A stretch of 46,215 nt of DNA from NCBI GenBank assembly GCA_000442015.1, contig KE560523.1:62001-108215 (forward strand). The letters run 5' to 3'. A model generated the notes under the pieces. It worked only from the letters and a program-made list of their open reading frames with translations. It ran no database searches and was not told the DNA's origin. Origin of the DNA: Rozella allomycis CSF55. Its lineage: Eukaryota. The translations under genes were made by a program, and so were the position numbers. Of the stretch, positions 38,236 through 46,215 are shown piece by piece. The number at the start of each line of letters is the position of its first letter. Position 1 is the stretch's first letter.

Positions 38236-38758
38236 ATGAAAGTGAAAAGAATACCATCGCCAAATGAATTTGATTCTGTTATTTCAAGCAACTTGGACTC
38301 TCCGCATGTCTTTATCATCTTTTTTGGTAACGGCCAAATTCAAAATCTTTCTTATAGGGACTGAAGACCCGAATACTAATGAATCATGGTGTCCTGATTG
38401 TGTTATAGGTAACTTTAGTATTCACGCATGGAATAGCCGATCCAATAATACGACGTACTATTGCGACATATGCCCCATCTGAAACAATTTTGATTGAATG
38501 TCCTGTAAATCGCTCAGAGTAATAATAATGATAATAATTGATAGTTACAAAAATAATCCTGGCTATTTTTATAGAAAGCATCCCCTCATTCAACTTGAAA
38601 GAATACCCACCTTATTTTACTATTCCAAAGAACAGGTAATTATGTAAAAAATATTATAAATGAATAATTTAAATGCTAAATTAGTTGAAAATGAGTGTCA
38701 ATCGCCGGGTAAAGTAAGGTCCTTTGTGATGCAGGAGGTTTCTAAAAATAAACATTAG
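38236..38758 (+). CDS. TXNDC17: Thioredoxin-related protein TRP14 (DUF953)
   Basis: SWCPDC active site, IPTL, KLVENEC; 4 introns, last one (38636-38662) appears to be GT-TG. Confidence 0.88.
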
Positions 38759-38811
38759 TTTGTTCACGTTCATGTGATTAGAAATGCCACACTGAAACCT
38801 ATGAACAAATT

Positions 38812-39465
38812 ATGATATCTATGATTCGCAAATTCATATTCATTTTATTTTATTTTTCATGCGCTTGCCGCGCGTATATTTCTTATTCAGAAATGAAGCA
38901 TTTGTTACAGTTGACAAATGATCAGAGAGCATCAGTTGGCTCGAGGCCTCTCAAACTAAACCAAAAACTTATGAAAGGCGCGGAAAATTATTCAGTTACT
39001 CTAGCTGGTATGAGCCATATTCAGCACGTCAACTTTGAAGGTAGAATGGATCAGACTGGATTCAACGGGAACCGATTTGGTGAAAATATAGGAATGACAC
39101 AAGGAAATGGACCGGATATCGCTTACATGCATTCTCTTTGGGTCAATTCTCCTGGACACAGAAAAAATATTGAAGATCCTGAATTTACCCATATTGGATT
39201 TGGATTATATCATGACGGAAACAAGTTTTATTATACACAAATATTCGGTTCATCGAAAACTGAAACTAGCATTACGTTGACTCCAAAGAACAATAAATCT
39301 CATCACAAAAAATCTGATTCGCATAAAAACAAAAAAGATATGCACGGAAAATCGAAACGAGTGAAATCAAAATCACCAGAGTCCAGTGATGCAAGTTGTG
39401 ATGTTCCTTCTCTAGTTTTTATATCAACAATATTGGTGTTATGTTTCCATTTCACACTTGCTTGA
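38812..39465 (+). CDS. Secreted CAP/SCP-domain protein with possible GPI/TM tail
   Basis: Signal peptide, TNDQRASVG..L.LN, GENIG, WVNSPGHRKNI, FTHIGFG, YYTQIFG; hydrophobic C-terminus; intronless. Confidence 0.88.
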   Translation: MISMIRKFIFILFYFSCACRAYISYSEMKHLLQLTNDQRASVGSRPLKLNQKLMKGAENYSVTLAGMSHIQHVNFEGRMDQTGFNGNRFGENIGMTQGNGPDIAYMHSLWVNSPGHRKNIEDPEFTHIGFGLYHDGNKFYYTQIFGSSKTETSITLTPKNNKSHHKKSDSHKNKKDMHGKSKRVKSKSPESSDASCDVPSLVFISTILVLCFHFTLA

Positions 39466-39507
39466 TTCACTTGAAAATAAATATGATTTTGAAATGCCTT
39501 TTATTTA

Positions 39508-40203
39508 TCAATTATGTTTCAAGTAATGAATTTTTTCTAAATATGATAATGAAGAAGTAGACCTCTCAGAGAACATTTTTTCTATTTCATCTACACGTTC
39601 TTTCGTTAAATTCCTTGTTTGGGTACTTTCATCAACAATTTCTTTGGAGTCAATTGTTTCATTAGAGCCTTCGAAATGAAACATTTTTTTGGTTATCACA
39701 TCTTTTCCTTTTCTCGATTCACGCCAATTATTTAATGCTTCCTGAAATGACCTATGACTTTCAGCCTCATCATAAACCTCATCGTTAGTTCCCACCATAT
39801 CTTTGGTTGATTTAGGACGATAACTGTTTATCTCCTTAACTTTGGACTTTATTTCATTTTCTATAGGTTTTTCAAATTCATCACCGGCACCGCGCCCGAG
39901 ATTTGATTTAAAAGATGCTTGGGATTGGCTTGATTGACTTCGTTGCAAACTTTTCAAAGCAATTTTATGACTTTGCAATATTTGTTTTGCATGAGAATAT
40001 ATAGGGCCTTTTGTAGTCCAGTTTCTTGGCCTAATGTCCTAAATGGATAAAATTTACTTTGACAGCTGACGTTCCTTTTCAAGTAAGTCTTTAATTGAAC
40101 CTAGTCTGCTTTGCAAAAAATCAACCTCCAGTTCTAAATCTCCCGTTTTCTCCGACAAAAAGGAGTTGCCTTTAGGGAGTTTCGGCCTAGGTATAAATGA
40201 CAT
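39508..40203 (-). CDS. Hypothetical protein with ZBBX-like motifs
   Basis: One intron; N-terminal coiled coil; YDEAESHRSFQEALNNWR and SLSYLEKI motifs recalled from ZBBX-family proteins. Confidence 0.45.
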
Positions 40204-40266
40204 TAATAAGTAAACAAAAGCGTCCGCAAACAAAAGCCCGGCAGAAACATGAACATAACGTCAAAT

Positions 40267-41544
40267 TTATTTCAGTAATTGACCAATTAGGGCTGATCCA
40301 ACTATTAACGCAGAAATATAATTCATGTCATTTGTTTTATACTTTAGGAGAAAAAATAAAGAACCCAAGAAAATCAGTATTGTATTTAAGTCTTTTTGTA
40401 AGTTTAACGCTATGCATTTCACGGATTCTATACACATTAAGAAAATTATTGATATTGTTGCACCAACTTCAAAATTATTGCTCGGATTAGTATGTTTTAA
40501 TTTTGACAAAAATGCGAACGCTGGTAACAAAAGTAAACTCCAAGTTAAAATCCCCAGGGTTATTAAAATAGATCCTACATTGTTACCGGCAACAAACAAT
40601 GATATGAAAATTAATGGGGCCGGACTGCAATATATAAACTTCGTGCCAAACGTGTACTTCGACACCGCCATCCATTGATTGACAGAAACCACCTCGTTTT
40701 GATAAGCGTTCAAGATTGAGCTAAACCCACCGATGCAAATTAAGGCAGAAAGAAATCCAGATATATACAAATTCAAGTAAGCGTATTCTGATTGATAAAT
40801 GAATCCAGTTGGTGTCGGAGAGAGAATTGGTAATTCCACAACAAGTGACAAGAAGAAAAACCACATGTCAAAAATGAAAAACAAAAGTAGACAGAACTTT
40901 AACCAAAATGATTTGGTTTTTGAAAATAAATATTGATAAATTCCTCCTGAAATTATGATATAAGCAGGGTTGGTTTCAAATATAGCCTTCACCATTGACT
41001 GAATCGAAATGAACTTTGAAGTTCTTATGATTTCAATGTTATCGAAAAATATTTCCAATGACGACTTCAAGGCAAGTGCTGCAACAACTGCCATAATCGA
41101 GTCAAAGGCGTTCTGTACGAATTTACTATCCATCAGAAAGTTTTGATGGTTTAAAGAAATGTAGCTAAAAGTAGCCATTAATAATAAGCCAGGCAAAATG
41201 TATGCAAAGGCCGCGATAATGGCCCCCTTTTTACCCCTACGCAGGTATCCTAAATGTCCACATAAACCGATACTTTCACATCCAGGAAGCAATTGAAGAA
41301 AATTGAAGACCCTGTTAAACTGATTTTTGTCCATCCATTTTCTTTCTTTTACAAACTCGTTGTAAAGTAATCCAATTTGACCAACAGGACCTCCGTACGA
41401 ATTGAAACCTATTTTGAAAAACATAAGAAAGAGGCGAGAGATATCTATAAATTCAATTTGATTAAGATTTTCTTTGGTTAATTCATCATTTATCGGATCA
41501 TATGTGGAACCAGTTTCAAGGTCCTGGAAAAGGGACGAGCTCAT
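40267..41544 (-). CDS. Chromate ion transporter (CHR/ChrA family)
   Basis: FFKIGFNSYGGPVGQIG..EFVKERKWM..LLPG; duplicated degenerate second half; intronless ORF. Confidence 0.88.
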   Translation of the reverse strand: MSSSLFQDLETGSTYDPINDELTKENLNQIEFIDISRLFLMFFKIGFNSYGGPVGQIGLLYNEFVKERKWMDKNQFNRVFNFLQLLPGCESIGLCGHLGYLRRGKKGAIIAAFAYILPGLLLMATFSYISLNHQNFLMDSKFVQNAFDSIMAVVAALALKSSLEIFFDNIEIIRTSKFISIQSMVKAIFETNPAYIIISGGIYQYLFSKTKSFWLKFCLLLFFIFDMWFFFLSLVVELPILSPTPTGFIYQSEYAYLNLYISGFLSALICIGGFSSILNAYQNEVVSVNQWMAVSKYTFGTKFIYCSPAPLIFISLFVAGNNVGSILITLGILTWSLLLLPAFAFLSKLKHTNPSNNFEVGATISIIFLMCIESVKCIALNLQKDLNTILIFLGSLFFLLKYKTNDMNYISALIVGSALIGQLLK

Positions 41545-41614
41545 CTTGTTACCAGGAGACCAAACGCCAATCCATTAATTAAAAAGTCAAAGAATTGTAA
41601 GAAATAATTAATAT

Positions 41615-43132
41615 TTATTTCTTCTGGAAATGTAACACAACAGGTTTCAGTGGCCTTGAAATACCAACCATTTGAGTTTCATTGGCACATTCAGCATCAA
41701 ATTTAATATCCCAATGAGACATTATTAAAGATGTGACCAACTTAATTTGTAACATGGCAAACTTCATTCCAGTGCATGGGTGTCTTCCCGCACCGAATCC
41801 TAAAAATGTCCCTCTGTGGCTTGCGGTTATTGAACCGATGCATTTTCCATTTTCAATGAAACGCTCAGGATTGAAAATATCTGGATTCTTGTTGATGTTT
41901 CCATCCAAGTGCACCAATCCATGAGATGTAAAAACTATAGAATTCTTCGGAATGATTATATTTTCATGTTCAAACAATGGAACTTCGGTATCTTCTTCTA
42001 CCAATCTGGGCGCGAAACCAAACGAATTCATTCTAATCGTTTCCAAAACACCTGCTTCTAAAAGAGGAGTATTGTCTATAATATTCAACGGGAGTTGCTC
42101 AACATTGGCCAAGTCATTATCTTTCAGATAATTTATTAATGGTTCTAATTCATTTTCAATTCTGACCTTCCACTCAGGATATTGAGAAAGATTAATCAAA
42201 TACAGAGAAATGACTACATATTGATTTGAAACTGCTGCGAAAATAACACTGTGGATCATTCCAAAGACGATATCATAATCTACCCTTTCTGTTTTGGCAT
42301 CCAAGCACTACGAATTATAGCTTCAATCATGTCATGTTCATCGTATTCAGGGCCATTCAATATGTCTTTATGTTNAAAACATACTCGCCAGCAATTTCGA
42401 CTATTAATTTCCTGAGAGCAAGGTACTTTTCAGCACGTTTTTGCTTCAAAGGGGGATACCAAGGGGCGACTAAATGAAGAGGCGATTCACGTACCATATT
42501 TTCTAAATCAGTTTCCCTCATCCATTTAATTAACTGCTCTACCCATTCATCATGATCTTTACATGTGTATCCACCAAAAACCTTTATCGCGATTCTAGAA
42601 ATCAGGTTGTAAAAAGTATCGAGTGTATCTTCCAAAGTACCTGAATCAAAGTTGGATTCTGCTGACTTGATAAACCTTTGAGCTTCTGGCACAATTATCT
42701 TGGCGGCATATCCCGCCAATTTTTCAGCTTTCATCATTTTAGTAACCAGATGAATAAAGTCAGCTTCTACCATATTGTTAATGGCCTCATGCCTTAGTTT
42801 TCCAAGCATCCAAATGAACCCTTTGGCTAAACTGAATGTTTTTGATGAATGAAAGAATTTGGTGCCAACCGGATTTTTCAAGACATAGAGATCGCGAAAG
42901 ATAAATGTTTTAAGAATGACGACATTGTGCGGTATTGAGCGAAGCTTTTCATTGAGTATTTGGTAGTAATCAAATCGTTTTTGGGTGATCATTTGTGGGA
43001 CGATATCTAGCCATATGTTAATTGTAGGAATTTTAGATGATTTCTTGTTATTNTAGGAATTTTAGATGATTTCTTGGTATTCAAATAAAGAAATGTGATA
43101 ACTGCTATTAAAAATAGTGTGACATATATCAT
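41615..43132 (-). CDS. Cytochrome P450 (CYP51/CYP7/39-like); frame broken near 42305-42375
   Basis: N-terminal TM anchor, ETIR, FNPERF, FGAGRHPCTG; Ns at 42375 and 43053. Confidence 0.85.
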
Positions 43133-43836
43133 GACGTGTGAATTTGCAAATTGCAATTAAGAAATTACCCGTTCAAAAAATTGAAAAAGGAATCAAAAAG
43201 AAACAAAAATATGAATGGACCTTTAATCTTCTAATTTAGTTATACTCTATGTGCTTGAATTTGTAGTTGGAATTGAAAAGTCTGGACCCAATTTTATAGA
43301 CTTTTAAATTGACATTGATGACATATATGGCCATGTCAGTCCAATTGTCATTGGCAATAAATTAAAAATGATTAAACGCCCGCGTTTATTCAAAAATTGT
43401 TTACTCGTTCTATGTCATTTTTCCTTGTTTCTTGCAATGGCACGACTTTGTTTTCATTATTGTTTCTGAATGTGTAAATAATAAACTTTCTCTTTTTGGA
43501 ATATACAACCTGCCTTGTTATTTCTTGATGTTCTTTGCAATTGAGATGTGGACTCGTATTGATCATTAATCTAGATAGTGGCTTGAAGTATAATATATTG
43601 AGGAACGGGATCGAAGGTATTTGAAATTGAGCGTAAAACTGACGATTATTACTGGCACTTAGTTTTGGGGAGCTCGTAGCAAGTTAAACGAGTAAATTAA
43701 TCAAAGTTCAAATTTAATCGCAAACGAAAATTAATTCAACAATTCTCTAAAGAACTATCAATGATTATCAAGATAATTTGACTTTACGATATAATCTCTT
43801 GTTTGACAATTGCACAATTTTTCAGTAAATTTCAGG

Positions 43837-46215
43837 ATGACCGACGACTCGCATATCCGAGTGTGTATCCGTGTGCGACCATTAAACGATCGCGAAAGAA
43901 CACAGGAGCAAACAAATGCGTGGCAAATAGAGCAAAACAGTTTAATACAGAAGCGTAGCAGTGTGTTTGGCGATGCTTCCGGCCGAGTGAATAGTTTCCA
44001 GTTTGGTAAAATGTTAAGGGCTGCATGATAGATCGTGTGTTTTCCTTGGATGAGGATACTGAGAGGGTGTATAGGGAGGGAGTGTGGCACATTATACAGT
44101 CGTCGCTTGAGGGTGTGAATGGTAAGGAGATGGTGTGGGTGAGATAGGGACTGTTTTTGCGTATGGACAGACTGCTAGTGGAAAGAGTAAGGAGTTTTTT
44201 GGTGGTTGAGTAGCTTTTACGATGCAGGGAACAGAGTCGTGTCCGGGTGTGATACCGTTGGCAGTGAAGCATATATTTGATTTCATTAATGCGTCTCCTA
44301 GCAGAGAATATTTGCTGAGAGTTTCGTTTCTTGAAATATATAATGAGATTATATATGACTTGTTGAAGCCAACGAATAGCAATTTGAAGATTCATGAAAA
44401 TGTGAATGTAAGGTGAATTGATGGATGTGAATAAAGAAGGAAATATTTGTGGGGAATTTGAGTGAGGAGATTGTGTTGACTAGTGAAGATGTTTTGAAAT
44501 TTTTGAAAAAGGGGGAAGAGAATAGGAAGGTTGGCGAGACAGAGATGAATGAGAGGAGTAGTCGATCGCATACGATATTCAGGATGGTTATTGAGAGTAG
44601 AGATTGTAATGATTTGTCTGGGGCTGTTAGGGTTTCGTGTTTGGTAAGTTAAAGAATTTGATTTAAAAGAATTTGGTTGATCTGGCTGGTAGTGAAAGGG
44701 CTAGTCATACAGGAGCAGAAGGATGGAGATTGAAAGAGGGAGGACATATTAATAGAAGTTTGTTGGCATTAACTGGGGTGATACAAAGATTATCAGAAAA
44801 GTAAGGAAATGGAAATAATAGGAATAGAAATGCGCATGTTCCATATAGAGATAGTAAATTGACAAGAATATTGCAGCCATCTTTGGGAGGGAATGCCAAG
44901 ACTGCGATAATTTGTACCATAACACCAGCTAGTGGGTATTTGGAAGAAACAATGTCAACGTTGAAATTTGCGATGAGGGCCAAGTCAGTTGAGAATACTC
45001 CAGAGGTGAATGAAGTGATATCAGATGAAGCATTGTTGAAGAGATACAAGACCGAGATTAGCAATTTGAGACAGCAATTGGAGCAAAAGGAGAATGAAAA
45101 GGTGAATGAGAATATAAGGAGAGAGTTGGAGAAGAAGGAAGAAGAGAAGAAGGAATTGTTGGATAAAATAGACAAATTGAAAGCGATGATATTGAATGCA
45201 AACAAGGTGGAGAATGTGAGAGTGAAGCGAAGATTAACGTGGTTTCCCGGTGTGCAAGTGAAAAAGGTGAAAGAAGAAGAGGAAGTAGACAGGGGTGATA
45301 AGGGGATGATGGAAGAGTTGACAGAGCAATTAAAAGTTGAGCAAGAAAAGAAAAGAGAGATGAAGAAGGAATTGGAGAGATTGAAACAAGATAAGCAGAA
45401 TAATCAAGATGAAATTGAAGAAGAAAAAGGGTTTTTAGAGATTCAGAAATTAGCAAATGAAATGGAAATTTCAGAATTGAAAATAGAAAATTCAGAAATA
45501 AAAAAAGAAATTTTGAAATTTAAAAATGAAATTTCAGAAAAGAAGAATGAAATTTCAGAAATCAAGAAGAGTTTAATAAAGATTAAAGATGATTTTGTTA
45601 ATACTAAAAATAATGAGAAAATAATATTTAAACAATTGAAAGATCAACAAGAATTTTTAAATTTAGAAAACAATTCAATTTCTGTTAGTTTTAAGGAAAA
45701 AGAAAGAGAATTGAAAGAATTGAGAAAAGTTAAGGAAAGAGAATTGAAGGAAGAGAGAGAAAAGAATGAAGAATTGAATTTTACTATTAAAGAATATGAA
45801 AGAATTTATTTAGAAAAGAGAGAACAAATTCAAAGTCAGTTTGATGAATTTAATTTAAAATTGAAAGAGAAAGATTCAGAAATTGTTTTATTAAAAGAAG
45901 AAAATGAAAAAGAAAAAGTTGAAATAGAGAGATTAACTAGTGATATGCTTAAATTAAAAGAAGAAAGCGAGAGGGAAAATGTTGAAATAGAGAGATTAAA
46001 AGGTGAGATATTACTGTTGAAAGAAGAAAGTGAAAAGGAAATAGTTGAAAAGAATAAAGTAATTGAAGAGAAAGATATTGAAATCACAAGAATAAAAGAA
46101 GAAAGTGAAAAGGAAAAGGTTGAAAACAAGAGAGTGATTGAAGAAAAAGATAATGAGAATATATCATTGAAGGAAGCTTTGGAGAGGGAAATAGTGGAAA
46201 AGGAAAGAGTCGTTG
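43837..46215 (+). CDS. Kinesin-7 (CENP-E-like), runs off the window
   Basis: [59 protein letters not shown] motif, long coiled coil; 6 introns. Confidence 0.92.
45895..46215 (+). repeat. Imperfect coding tandem repeats (21-25 aa units, [10 protein letters not shown]..) in kinesin stalk
   Basis: Recurring aaagaagaaagtgaaaaggaa..gttgaaa units at ~63-75 nt spacing. Confidence 0.7.

Noticed and set aside
44705-46129. Minus-strand Ser/Phe/Leu-rich ORFs
   Set aside because: Antisense shadows of the Glu/Lys-rich kinesin stalk.
1-46215. Mobile elements, CRISPR arrays, rRNA, prokaryotic operons
   Set aside because: No transposase/RT ORFs, terminal repeats, spacer arrays or rRNA motifs were seen; the sequence is eukaryotic.

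Overview
AT-rich, extremely compact eukaryotic genomic DNA; the gene content and architecture suggest an early-diverging fungus or fungal relative, possibly Rozella-like (inference). I reconstructed about 36 protein genes by hand, plus one tRNA-Trp and one intron-hosted C/D snoRNA candidate. The genes are broken by roughly 130 tiny spliceosomal introns, almost all 25-31 nt. Main result: at least six introns of normal length appear to end in TG rather than AG (GT-TG), about 5% of the introns counted. In several cases no nearby AG restores the frame or the conserved motif, e.g. [13 protein letters not shown] in a 3-hydroxyacyl-CoA dehydrogenase. Together with frequent skipping of proximal AGs, this suggests a spliceosome that chooses the 3' splice site by distance and tolerates TG. 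Also notable: an intron-containing homologue of bacterial Csp3-type four-helix copper-storage proteins, two synaptobrevins whose ATG is split by an intron, an intronless decayed eIF4A copy, and very short divergent promoters. All gene models are manual, with no RNA evidence.
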